This document shows positions 1-28,448 of a stretch of DNA of 64,000 bases, piece after piece. Under the pieces are notes generated by a model, which ran no database searches, was not told where the DNA came from, and saw only the letters and a program-made list of their open reading frames with translations. Origin of the DNA: the human T2T-CHM13v2.0 reference genome, Homo sapiens; NCBI RefSeq assembly GCF_009914755.1, contig NC_060947.1; one strand, written 5' to 3'. The translations under genes were made by a program, and so were the position numbers. How positions within the stretch are numbered: the stretch's first letter is position 1; each line of letters starts with the position of its first letter.

Positions 1-329
1 ATAGTTATTTAAGCTAATAAATTTGGAATGCTGTAACTATAGCTTTTTATCCTGTTTTTTTAACCTAACATTATACCATGAGCATTTCCTCGTGTCTTTT
101 GAAACCATGATATTGAATGTTCCATGCTCTAGTTGTACCATAATTATTTAATCTGTTATTGTCAAATATTTAGACACTGGTTTTTTGCTATTCTGAGTAA
201 TGCCATAAACAAACATCTTTAAATGTATCTGTCACTGTTTCCTTAGGGTAGATTTCTAGAGCCGGTGACTGGGTCAAAGTGTTTGAATATTTTGAGGCTC
301 TTGATATGTGGTAAAAGTGTTGCTTTCTA

Positions 330-731
<402 letters not shown>

Positions 732-809
732 CTATTGTTTTGATTTGCATTTCTTTGGCCTGCCGCTTTGAACGTTTTTCTTAAATGCCTGACAGATATC
801 AACACTTAA

Positions 810-1640
810 CTTTATACTAATGTCTCCCACATTCGTATTACTAGCCCAGACCCCTCCTGACCTTCAGACCCATACTTGCAACACCCTTCCTTCATGGGTG
901 TTTCACAGACATGTCATACCTTGAACCCTTGGCTTTTTAACCCCCAAATGTGCCTCCTCACCCATCTCAGTAAGTGTACCACCATTGACTTAGGTTTTTA
1001 AACCAGAAACCTAGGATTTAGCTTCAATTCCTCACTTTTTCTGAATTTTCACATCCAGTCCATCAGCAAAGGCCTTTCCATTCCAGCTACAAAAGGTATC
1101 TTCTATCCTTCTATTTCTCTCCATCTCCACTATCATACCTCAGTCTAGGCTACCAGCATTTCTCAGCTGAGATAGACAAATCAGCTCCAAGGCCTTGTGT
1201 GATCTGCTGCCTGCCTCTTTTCAGTCTCACCATGTATCATTCTCCCCTCGTTCACTAGACTTCAGCCACAATGACCGTCTTTCAGTTCTTTGAATAGACC
1301 CAGCTCTGTCCCTCTATAGAATGTCTGTGTGTGCAGTTCTCTTTGCATGGAATGCTCGTCATATGGCTAATTCTTCATCCTCTAGGTCTCAGCTTAAATG
1401 TCACTCCTCAGGCCTTTCCAGATCAGTCTCTTTAAGTAGTTAACAACTATTATTCTCTCTTTGCTTCATGTTTGTTTCCTTCTTGGCACTTGTGTGCAGT
1501 CATTTCATGTGTCTTTCTGAGTTTTGTCTCTCTCCCCTACTACAGTATATACTCTATGAGGGCACAAGCCATTTCTTGTTCACTATGTTATGCCTGCCAT
1601 AGAGCTTGGCATATAGAAGTTCCTCAAGCAATGCTTATTA
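810..1640 (+). mobile_element. L2 3' region (degenerate)
   Basis: L2-like words such as ggtctcagcttaaatgtcac and the gagggca...cttggcatatag 3' end. Confidence 0.6.
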
Positions 1641-2420
1641 TTGACAAGCAGGAGAAACAAGATGAACAAAAGCCCAAAGCCAGGGTATATTTAGGTATGT
1701 TCAAAGACTACATAATAGTCTGGTTTGGCAGAAGCTAAGAGGAGTATGGTTGCAGCTCTGCATGAAGAAGTGATGTGTATATAAAATACTGAAAAAGAAG
1801 AGAGGCAGAGGGAGAAATACAAGTTAGCATGTTATAATAGTACTTTAAATAGGAAGAAGTGATAAAAAATGAAGTTATAGCTATCAGAGATACTACTTTT
1901 GCAAGAATAGTTTACATGGTTAGAAAACAAATTACTCAGATCCTTATTTACTTTCCAGAAGTCCCCCAACCCATGCCTTTAGATACTGAGGCCATCTTAC
2001 ATAAAACAGCTGAATGGTATGTCCTCTGTCTCAAAACCTGTTTCTTCATGTATGTCCTCTATTTCCCATATTTGAGGAGTATGAGTCTGCTTGAGTAACA
2101 GCACCTCCATCCTTTTGAGAGAAATAGAGAAGTGGACGCTGGGTAAGTAATGAGTCTAGTTTTGGATTTACTGAATTTAGGTCCTAAAGTGACAACTGGA
2201 TAGTCATTTCCATAGACACATTTACTTGAAATGTGCAAGTAAAATTTATGAGACTGTTTTGTGACTGATGTGAAAAATTTAGGAGGCCTGTGCTTTCGTT
2301 GGTGTAGATGAGTTTGCCAAGGAAAAACATGTAGACAGAAAAAAAGTCAAGGATAAAACTTTGGGGCAAGTTAAGGGAGAAGGAAGAGGAAGGAAAGAGC
2401 AATCAGAAACTCAGTAAGGT

Positions 2421-2720
<300 letters not shown>

Positions 2721-3408
2721 TCAGTAAGGTACAGGTACTTAAAGGAGCCTGGAAAAGAGAAAACAAATGTTATGTCCTCCTTGAAGCCTTTCCCTAATTA
2801 TCTTCCCTCCCAGATACCATGGCATTTAGTTCATGTTACTTATCACAGTATAACTATCTGTCAGTCTCTAGACTTGAAACTCCTCAAGGTCAGAGACCTT
2901 GACTGATTGTATCTCAGTATACTAATTATGTCGTTGTATATAATTGCATCCCCTTGGTGCTTAACCCAGTAATTGGATCATAGTGGGTACTTGGAGGTGT
3001 CTTTGGGAGAGACAGAGTGGTCATAAAAAAGATGGAAGCAAAATGCTGTAGCGGAAAAAGCCTAGACTTAGGATTCAGACCTGGGGTAACTAATCCAATT
3101 TCTACCACTTAATAGATGTGGCATCATTTAGCAACCCCCCACCAGCCTCAATTTCTTTATCAGCTAACAGTGTATTGCTGCTCACAAAGCACTCTGATGT
3201 GTGTTTTTCCATTTGATCCTTTTAACAACCCCATGAAATAGACATTCTTATCCCCATTTTAGAGATTAAAAAAAAGGGGGGGGGCTCTGAGAATTGAATT
3301 GCCCAAAGTTACATAGCTAGTAAGTGGCTAGGTTAGGATTTAAACCCAGGTCTTCAAATTCCCAGTTCTAGTATCATTCCCACTGTAGCACAGAAAAGAG
3401 AAGAGTAG

Positions 3409-4185
<777 letters not shown>

Positions 4186-4271
4186 AAGATATTACCTTGG
4201 AAATGGCTTGGTAGAGACAGAATCAGCTCCTTAAAGACAACAGTAAAAGAGGAAGAGTGAAGTTATCGAGT

Positions 4272-4689
<418 letters not shown>

Positions 4690-5265
4690 AGTTACAGAGA
4701 TTTTATGGTGAAGAGGGAAATTGAATTCTACATTGGCTGGCCATCTGGTGAGTGTGATGGTGATAATAGTCTTCACAAAAGATGAACGAAAGGATGGCTG
4801 AGCAAGGGTGACCACTCAGCCAAAGTTTGACAATAGTGATTTGTAGTTGACCCATTTGATACAAGTTTCTAATTCCTTAACTCTCTTCAACAGCTTGGGA
4901 ACAGAGAAAGGAAATGGAAGTTGCCCAGGGTCAGAAGGGTTACAAGGATAGGGGATTCTAGGGTAACAGGGAGTATTTCCATGTAATGGCCCACCATGGA
5001 GAATCCATAACAGTGATGAAGGTCTAAGACAGTAGTTTTCCATATGTTCCTTGGAGCCCTAAAATTTCACTGCAATGCCTGGGGGTTGGGGGGGCGGGTG
5101 TTGACAGCCCTCCTGATTTAACCAAGGTAAATTTTACTTGTTTATTAATTATGGGAGTTCCGTGGCATCTCTCATTAGAAGAAAAGGTTCTTTTACTAAA
5201 ACAGTTTTAAAAACACTGGCCCAAATGAACAAGTGTTGAGTTAGAAGTTTAAAAGATGATGAGCA

Positions 5266-5565
<300 letters not shown>

Positions 5566-5947
5566 ATGATGAGCAAAGTCATAGAAGCTAGGAAGTAGAA
5601 GAAAAGGAAGGAGCAGAGTGCAGTAGTTAGGCCTTAAGCATGCAGAGAATGGGAAAAGAAACAAAAGAACCTTATTCAGAGGACTACTAGACTAACCCTG
5701 AATTTACCCTGAATTATATCACCCTAAGGTCCTCGTATGTTATTTTTTTCCCGTGACTTAGGTACATCCAGGAAAGAGGGTTGGGGATAGGAGTGAGATT
5801 GGAGTTAAACATTCTCAAGTAATATCTCTGATAGCATTCATGAACTAGGAATTGTAGTTCTTTGTAGTGTTTTACTCAAAAAGCTTCTTAGGATGATGAT
5901 GTGTCAGTTATTCGTAACATTATAGTAAATGTCCACTTGTTAGGTAA

Positions 5948-6510
<563 letters not shown>

Positions 6511-6639
6511 TTGGGTGAAGACCTACTGAGGAACATCTGATTCTGGAGAGTCTAAAGTGGGATTTCAAGCAGAGATATTTCAAAATACGTCTCTTGGAAA
6601 TCTTGATGTTTTTCCTTGACTTCTCTCTTTCCTTCAGGC

Positions 6640-7420
6640 TCTTACATCCAATAAATCAACAAATCCTATCTATTTTATATTTTAAATATACCCACATCCC
6701 ACTATCTCCATCACTACCTTCCTATTTCAGGTCACCATCTCTCACTTGGATTGTGGCAGTATCCTCTTAGTTGCTTTCCCTGCTTATATCCTTGCCTCAT
6801 AGCCCCCACAGCCCATACTCCACACAACAGCCAGAGTGGCCCATATTTTTAAAAGTGTTTTTATGTCACTCTATTCATGTCATGTATTCAAAAGCCTCCG
6901 GTGGCTTTCCCATTCAAAATACCATGATATTTGATATTTGGTTATTGTGACCTACCAGGTTCTACACATTATGGCCCTGGCTATGTCTGACCTCATTTTC
7001 TATCACTCTTTTTTATCTCAGCCATACTGGCCACCTTGTTATTTCTCAGCCATGTCAGGCCAGGCACGCTCCCACCTCACAGCCCTCGTATTTGCTTTTA
7101 TTCCTTAGCATACTCTTCTAGATATTGGCTTAGTTATTTTCCTGAAGTCTTTGTTCACTGTCATCTCTTCAGAGAGTTCTCTTCTGACTACCTTGTATAT
7201 AATAGCACCGCTACTTTTCCACCATCACTGTATGCATTTGACCTTACTTTTTGCTCTTTCATAGCACTTATCACGACCTAACTCATCTATTTCTTTTTGT
7301 CTACTCCCACTGGAATGAATGCTTCATGAGACCAAGGACTTTTATATGCTGCTGTGTCTCCAGCACTGAGAATGGTGCCTGTCACACAATAGGTACTCAG
7401 TAGACATTTGTCAGATGACA
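6640..7420 (+). mobile_element. L2 3' region
   Basis: L2 3' end ...agaatggtgcctgtcacacaataggtactcagtagacatttg. Confidence 0.7.
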
Positions 7421-7984
7421 TACTAAAATGCATCCTGAAAAAGAAAGGCAGCCAGGGTGGTTATGAGTCTTCAGATGATAAAAGGATGAGCCAGAAGAGC
7501 TGCGAAAGTTTTGCCCAGAAGAAAAAAAGAGTTGATCATTTTTTAGGCTGTTTCACAAGGCATTCCTGCATCAGTGGCAGGTAAATGACCCCTAAGATTC
7601 TATGATTTTTTGAAGGTGTAGTTCCCAAAATGGAAGCATCACAGGAAGCACTGTGTTGCGATACTAAGCACCCACCCTAGTAAAGGCCAGTATAATCAAA
7701 TGACTAAGGTACTCATCTTCCCTAAAGGACTTGCTGAGATCCGGTTACTTCTGTATTTTTCTGGCTTCAGAAGGTACTCCTCAGCCCCTGCTGGGCCCTA
7801 ACTTGTCATCTGAGGGAACTGCCTGGTGGCTAATTCTGGGGTATAGAATCTATATCCCTGCCAAGGTGGAAATTGGTATGCTTACTACCCTATCATTTGC
7901 AAAGGTAAAATCTTATTGAGGCCTTCTTTTGAAGGAATACCTCTTCATTTGTAAGTTCATGGGTAATGCTTTTCTGTGGAACAG

Positions 7985-8180
7985 ATACAAGCAGAAGAAG
8001 GAGTTGGAGCATAGGTTGTCTGCAATGAAATCTGCTGTGGAAAGTGGTCAAGCAGATGATGAGCGTGTTCGTGAATATTATCTTCTTCACCTTCAGAGGT
8101 GGATTGATATCAGCTTAGAAGAGATTGAGAGCATTGACCAGGAAATAAAGATCCTGAGAGAAAGAGACTCTTCAAGAGAG
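7985..8180 (+). CDS. IGBP1: IGBP1 (alpha4) internal coding exon, YKQKKELEH...RDSSRE
   Basis: Translation matches alpha4 as I recall it; acceptor acag at 7981-7984, donor gtaagc at 8181; 196 nt; frame joins the next exon. Confidence 0.97.
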
Positions 8181-8481
8181 GTAAGCCTGGCCAGAGAAAT
8201 CTACTGCCAGAGATTTGAGTATTCTACAGGAGATCAAATTAAGATCCTTTTAAGTCTCCATAAAATCACTGTTTTTATCAAGATGAGTATAGAAAGGCCG
8301 AAGGGTCACTAAGGTAGCTTTCTCTTTAATTTAATGTGTTCCCCAGTGCTTTTTAATCTGTAACACACTTGTAGTCATTTGTAATTTTGTGGTATACCAT
8401 GGGGGACAGAAATGTCTCTGAAATAAAAATTGGTTTTGGTTGTGGAAAGCTGTGGCTGCTGAGGGAAGGCATAGGGAGTTA

Positions 8482-11096
<2,615 letters not shown>

Positions 11097-11559
11097 TTAT
11101 TATTACATTATTGGCACTCTTCCTGCCTTCAGCTATGATTCTCAAAAGGACATATTTGCCTCCCTATGATTTAATTCTGAGTTCTTGAGATATGTTTCCC
11201 TAGGGTGGCAGGAGTCTCCTTGTTTTCTGTACCTTTCAGAGTCACCAACTATAAATACCCATTCCACGGTGTCTTCACTGCTTTGTGGAGCATTGCCCTC
11301 TGGGATTGCTTAATGGGAGATGATCCTGGGCTATTTATCTTCTCATGAAAGCTCTTGACTTTAATGCCCCTTTCTGGATGCCCCTTTTTACATATCCTCC
11401 CATGAGTTTGTACAACTCCTCAGAAGTTGACTGGGTAGGGAACAAGGCTGAAACGGACACAGACTTTGTTGTTAGAGAGACTTTTTGTAGTACTGGGTTT
11501 TTTTTGTTATTTTTGTTTTTTTGTTTTTTTGTTTTCTAAATGCAGCGTAATTTTTGCAG

Positions 11560-11672
11560 AGTATTTGGAGCTGGTTATCCAAGTCTGCCAACTATGACGG
11601 TGAGTGACTGGTATGAGCAACATCGGAAATATGGAGCATTACCGGATCAGGGAATAGCCAAGGCAGCACCAG
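11560..11672 (+). CDS. IGBP1: IGBP1 coding exon, [37 protein letters not shown]
   Basis: Acceptor tttttgcag, donor gtatga at 11673; TAP42/alpha4 [13 protein letters not shown] motif; 113 nt. Confidence 0.97.
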
Positions 11673-12256
11673 GTATGACGGGGTAGGAGGGAAATAGTTG
11701 TACCACTGGTCTTTTACTCCCTGGCAATTAAGTTCTTACCAAGTATAGTTGCCCTTTAGGAACAGAAATAGTGGGGACAAAGATTCTGAGTAATAGAAAG
11801 ATTCTAGACAGTACTATGTTTATTATTAAATAGCAAATGGTTATGGGAGGATGGGGTCAGTGATAGCATAGTTTGTAAATCTCGCCAAATGTCATGACAT
11901 AAAAACAGAGCAGCTGTGTAGAAAACTCAATCTATGGATAGCAGTTCCGCATCTGGTAATGGCAGAGTAGGTTGTATCAGGCCAGCCCCTCATACAGGAT
12001 AACAATTACAAACTGAACAAAATATTTTAAAAACCAACTACCTGAAGGTACTGGCAAGTCACCAAAAGCAGGTGTAAGCTGAAGGGCAGTCAACACTTAG
12101 AAGGAGGAAATGATACTTGGAATTCATTGAGGGCAGGGACTTTGACTTACTGTACCTTTAGTGCCCAACTTGGTAATTGGATCATAGTGGGTACTTGGAA
12201 TTGTCTTTGGAAGGGGAAGATGAAGAGGGTGGCCACCAAAAAGGTGGAAGCAATAG

Positions 12257-13243
<987 letters not shown>

Positions 13244-14934
13244 TGAGGAAGTAGTCACTGGGAGCTGACTTAAAGTGGCCTGGCTAGGATTTAAAATCAG
13301 ACCTTCAAATTCCCAGGTTCAGTTCTGTTTCTACTATAGCACCAAAAAGAGAAGAGTGGTAATTTGAAAGGATTAGCTTTTCACCTGTGGGCAGACTGCA
13401 GTTACTATGATGTAACTGCATGTAACTTGGATAGGAACTTGCAGTCTTACTGTTTGAGGAATGAGAGAACTGAGATCAGGGTGAATAGCAACTGAAAAAT
13501 GAAGGAGGTTATCCCAGAAAAGAGAGAACCACAGAGAAGATGCCCTGATTCTGTATATAAACCCTACTGAAATCTCTGGCTGACTATGCATGCACAGAAT
13601 GGACTCTTAAGCACCTCAACTAAGGCTAAAATAACTGAATGGAGAATTCAGCTGTTGCCCAATGCAAGGGAGATAGAATTTGGTATTTTGGTTTTAGACG
13701 AGTTAATTGCCTGCTAAAATGAAAAATCAGTACTCTTTAGAGGAATGAAACAGAATTCGGAATCTCTACAATATATCATTTGTCACGTTTAGAATTCAAT
13801 CCTAAGCTATTAGACATGAAAAAAACAAACAGGAAAATGTGACTCATAACTCAAAAGAAAAGGCAATCAATGGATACCAACCCCAAGATAACTCAGATGT
13901 TGGAATTAGCAGACAGGGACTTTAAAGCAGCTATTATTTTTATCCTCAAGGGCAGAGAGCAAAATATGTTTGTAATTAATGAAAAGATAAGAAATCTCAG
14001 CAGAGAAATAGAAACTATACACACAAATTCTGGAATGGAAAAATACAATATCTGAAAATGTAAAGTCACTGGATGAGCTTAATACCAGATTGTTGCTGAC
14101 AGAAGAGCCTGTCGGTTAACTTGAAGATCAATAGAAATTACCCAATTTGAAAAAAAAGATTGGATAAAAGTAAGCAGTATCTCAGTGGCCTGCGGAATTA
14201 TGTACAAAGGTCTCATGTATGCGCAATTGGAATGCCAGTACCAGAGGAGAAAGAAGGGAACAGAAAAACTTGAAGAAATGATGACTAAAGATTTCCCAAG
14301 ATTCAGAAATGTCAGCAAACCCCAACAGTTTAAATACAAACAAAATCACACATAGGCACATTATAGTCAAACTGCAGAACACCAGAGAGAAAGAGGAAAT
14401 TTTGAAATCATCCAAAGATAAAGTACACATTACACATAGGAGAACAAGGATATACATTATTGCTGAATTTCCATTAAAAACTGTGGGCGCCAGAGATGGT
14501 GGAACAGCTTCAAAGTGGTGGGGGGAGGAACCTGTCAACGTATAATTTTATACCCAGTGAAAAATATCCATAAAATGAAGATGAAATTAAGACATTTTCA
14601 GATAAATGAGAGCTAAAAGAATTCTTCACCAGAAAATTGGCATTAGAGAAATGCTGAAGGAAATTCCTCAGGCTGAGGGGAATGGTATCAGATAGAAATG
14701 TAAATACTCAAGTAGTGAAGAGCAGCAGAAATGGTAATTATGTGGGTAAATACAAAGGACTGTCTTCCTCAACCCAGTTTTTAAAAACTATACGTAGCTT
14801 CTCAAAGCAAAAATTACAATATTGACTTGTGAGGTTTATAATGTATTAGGTGTAATATATGTGACAGCCATCGCAAAAAGGACAGGGTAAATGGAACTAT
14901 TTTGTTTGTGAGATTCTCCTGTTTTATGTGAACC

Positions 14935-15400
14935 GATACATGTCTATTGCTGTATAACAAATTACTCTAAAACTTAGCAATTTAAAATAATCAGCATTTA
15001 TTGTATCATAGTTTCTGAGGGTGAGGAATTCAGAAGCAACTGGGTGGTCCTAGCTCAGAAACATTCATGAGGTTGCAGTCAAGCTGTCAGCTGGGGCTGC
15101 AGTCTTCTGGAAGCTTGGATGGGACTAGATAATTCACTGCCAAGCTCATCGATGTAGCTGAGGACAGGAGGCTCACATAGGGTTGCTCACAACAGCTTCC
15201 GTTCCCCAAAGTGAATGATCTGAGAATGACCAAAATCAAAAGGCTCAATATATTTTATAACCTAATGTTGGAATATGACTTCTGCCCTATTCTATTAGTC
15301 ATATAGACCAACCCTGATAGAGTATGAGAGGAGACTCCATAAAAGCATGAATACCAAGAGGCTGGGATTGTTGTGCACCATCCTTGAGGCCCCCCATCAC
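14935..15400 (-). mobile_element. MaLR LTR (MLT1-type)
   Basis: Typical MLT1 antisense words: tattgctgtataacaaattac, catgaggttgcagtcaagctgtcagctggggctgcagtc. Confidence 0.7.
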
Positions 15401-15404
15401 ATAA

Positions 15405-17145
<1,741 letters not shown>

Positions 17146-17279
17146 TCAGATAAAGTAGATTTCAAGACAAAAAGGTATTATCAGAGATTTTAAAAGGGCA
17201 TTTCCTACTGATAAAGTGGCAATTTATCAGGGAGACATAGCAGTCATAAATGCATTTGTGCCTAATAATTTTCAAATTA

Positions 17280-17715
17280 TTTACTTGAATACTTACAGGC
17301 TACTGTAGGGTTATTCATTGGCCCAATTTCAATATTGTTGTGTCTCAAGGAACAGAGAGGCCTGGAGCAGGGTTGGGACAGCCAGTCAGTGGAGCAGTCA
17401 GAACATAACACATTTACCCATTAAGTTCTCTGTCTTCTGTGGGCATGGTTTGTGGTGCCCCAGAACAATTACACTGGTAATACCAAAGACCACAGATCAC
17501 CATAACAAATGAAATAATGAAAAAGTTTGAGAAACTGAGAATTACCAAAATGTGGCACAGTGACACAAAGTGAGCAAATGCTCTTAGAAAAAGGGCACCA
17601 ATAGACTTGCTCGCTGCAGGGTTGCCACAAACCTTCAATTTGTTAAAAAAAAAAAAAAAAAAAAAAGTCTCTGCAAAGCACAATAGAGTGAAGCACAATA
17701 AAACGAGGTATGCCT
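17280..17715 (-). mobile_element. Tigger1 5' end fragment
   Basis: Reverse complement begins aggcatacctcgttttattgtgcttcac, matching the Tigger1 terminus. Confidence 0.8.
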
Positions 17716-17962
17716 TCACCTTCTTTTCAGATACCCATGGAACATTCACCAAGGTAGATCATATACTGGTCCATGAAATAAGTCTCAATAAATTTTCAAA
17801 AATTGAAATCACACTGAATATGTCCTCAGACCACAATGGAATTAAATTAGAAATCAATAATGTACCTAGAAAATTCTCAAATATTTGAAAATTAAACAGT
17901 ACACTTCTAAATAACCTATAGGTCCAAGAAGAAATTAGAAAGAAAATTAGAAAATACTTCTA

Positions 17963-18328
<366 letters not shown>

Positions 18329-19319
18329 TTAAGTGTTCTTACTGCAAAAATAACAATGTGTAAGGTACTGCATCTTTTAATTAGCTAGATTTAGCTATCC
18401 CATAATATATACTTCAAAACATACTGTACACAATAAATATGTTTGCCCATTTAAAAATAAATAAAAGAGAATACTTTGAACAGAATTACAGTGAAAGTAC
18501 AGCATCAGAATTTATGGGATACAACTCGAGCAATGCTGAGATGGAAATGTGTGTAACTTTCAACACTTATGTTAGAAAAAAGGAAGATAAAATCAATTAC
18601 CTAAGGTTTTACCTTAACAAGGGTGGGGGTGGGGGCATAGGGAACAAAGAAAGCCCAAAGTAAATAGATGAAAGGAAATAAAGGCAGGGAAACTAGGGGT
18701 GGTCATGGTTCTGGTAGTAATGCACAAAAATTGGACACGTGTATACTCCCATGACCTGGCAGTTTCACTACTCGGTATATACCTAAGAGGAGTGAGACCA
18801 TATGTCCACAAAAGACCTGTACAAGATTGAACATAGCAGCATTATTTGTAATAGTCCACACTGAATACACACCACTCAAATGCCCATAAATAATAGAATG
18901 AAGAATAAATTTTGGTATATTCACACAATGGAAAACTATGTAGCAATAAGGTTAAACTATAGTTTGTTTGCTATAAGTGACAAATATAGCTGAATCGTGT
19001 GAAAAAAGCCAGACGCAAAAGAGTATATACTGTATGATTCCATTCATACAAACTTCAACAAACAGGTGATACTTGTGTGTACTGGTTGAAAGCTAGTAAG
19101 TGTTCACCCTTAGTTGGGGATCATGAATGGAACTGGACCTACAGGGTCTTCTGAGGAGTTAGAAATATTTTGTATCTTCATCTGGGTACTGATTACATGG
19201 ATGTGTTCAATATGTGAGAGTTCACTGAGCTATACAAATGTTAGTATACTTTTCTACACGTATGTTGCACTTCAGTGAATGTGAAAAAACCCATGGACAA
19301 TATTTATAATGAAAATAGG

Positions 19320-26150
<6,831 letters not shown>

Positions 26151-26155
26151 GTTTA

Positions 26156-26427
<272 letters not shown>

Positions 26428-27189
26428 ACTCCTGAGCTGTTAGAAGAGATCAGATCCCCACACATTTCATTCATAGTAATGAGACTATTTCTCATGAGCA
26501 AAGTCAGAGTAGCCAGGAAAATGCTGCTTTACCTCACAAAGGAAAAAAAATGCAAAAGAGGTGCAGCAGTTGGTTTAATTTCTTTTGGGTGTACACTGCA
26601 TGATAAATGCCATTTGGACCTCAGAGCCTATTTCAAGCACTGCAAAATAATACGTAGGCATTCTTTTCTGGTAGGTCCAACTGCCCTGTGATTTTCAATT
26701 TTATGCACAAAAACTTATGTATGACTATAGTAAAGGAAATGGATGGAGGAGGAAACGTCAACTGCAATCCCACCCCCCTGGCAACTCACAAATCACAAAT
26801 TCATAAATATTTTTTCTTTCCTGTTTTTGGATTGCAGGGGTTGTTTGATGGTGGTGGTAATGTTTTTGTTTAGGGGCTTGGGGGGGGTGGGTGTTGGCCA
26901 TTTTTGCAAGAATTCTCTTCCAAAATAGAATTCATTCTGAGGGGCACCTTTTATGATTTTTGCCTTCTTGTGGAAACCACTCAGAGCATCCTTTCGTACT
27001 ATTTTTTAACATGCGATATATTAGGTAATGCAAGTTCTCTCCCCGCTTCCGCCGGGCTCAGGGTAGGCAGCTGGCTGTATTCCTGTTCTCATTGCATGTG
27101 GTTGTGCTCAGAGTGGAACTGAGGCCCCTGACGTTACTTATTAACATTCCCTCAATTTCTCACCTCCCTTTCTAATTTTTCCACTTTAG

Positions 27190-27338
27190 AGGAATTCAGA
27201 AAAGCAGCTCAGCAACAGGAAGAACAAGAAGAAAAGGAGGAAGAGGATGATGAACAAACACTCCACAGAGCCCGGGAGTGGGATGACTGGAAGGACACCC
27301 ATCCTAGGGGCTATGGGAACCGACAGAACATGGGCTGA
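27190..27338 (+). CDS. IGBP1: IGBP1 terminal coding exon, [10 protein letters not shown]...[22 protein letters not shown]
   Basis: Acceptor ctttag at 27189; conserved TAP42 C-terminal motif WDDWKD.HPRG.GN; TGA at 27336-27338. Confidence 0.97.
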
Positions 27339-27643
27339 TCTTCCCACAACACCACAGGACTGCAGGGTGCACAACTCCCCTGCCAAGGAAAACCATGCAG
27401 TCCTCCCCTCCCTGGTCTCCTGCTTCAGCTCTGTACAACGAGGGCAAAGATGCTAAATCTTGCTTTGCATTCAGTAAAGTGTCAAGTGATTAAGTGTGTA
27501 TTTGTACCCTAGATGATATGAACCAGCAGTCTTGTTTTGGCATCATCCTCATCATGTTGTATTCCAGCTTCTTAAGTGGAAGGAAAAGAGTGCTGAGAAA
27601 TGGCTCTGTATAATCTATGGCTATCCGAATTCTCTGAAAAAAT

Positions 27644-27649
27644 AATAAA
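27644..27649 (+). terminator. IGBP1: Polyadenylation signal AATAAA of the IGBP1 3' UTR
   Basis: Canonical hexamer ~305 nt after the stop, with upstream TGTA motifs and a downstream T/G-rich tract. Confidence 0.8.
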
Positions 27650-28122
27650 AGTCCCCTCTATTATATGAGCCTGTACAGAAATATGGCTATCAGCTGCTTT
27701 TTTTTTGCCGGGGGAGTGGGGACATTTAGCTGTGGGTCTCTGGGCTTATGGGGAGATGCCCTTTGATGTGGGCAGTGAATTGGTCCAGCATCAGATCTGC
27801 CCAGGCATTCTCCTTCCTACTGGGCATATGATATGAAGCCATATAAGTAGCACCCTGCACCATGAAGCAATCCAGCACTCTACAAGGGGAGATCATAAAA
27901 ACCAGAGCTTTCCCTGGTACACAGCACTATTCTCAGAAACTATAGCTGTAAGGTGAATGGACCGCAAAGGGATGTAGTCTACTTCCCAGTCCTATCTACC
28001 TCGTCCTAGCTTGGCCAGAAGAAATGAGAGATAGAGGAGGCACTCTTAAAAGTCATCCTTGTGTATGTATCTGAGGCCAGAGCCTTTACTCTCATGCGTT
28101 TACCATATATCCCTTAGGGTGA

Positions 28123-28448
<326 letters not shown>

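Noticed and set aside
8181-8312. Open-frame extension beyond the IGBP1 exon donor (ORF 7929-8312)
   Set aside because: Simple read-through into the intron past a strong gtaagc donor; no evidence for an alternative terminal exon
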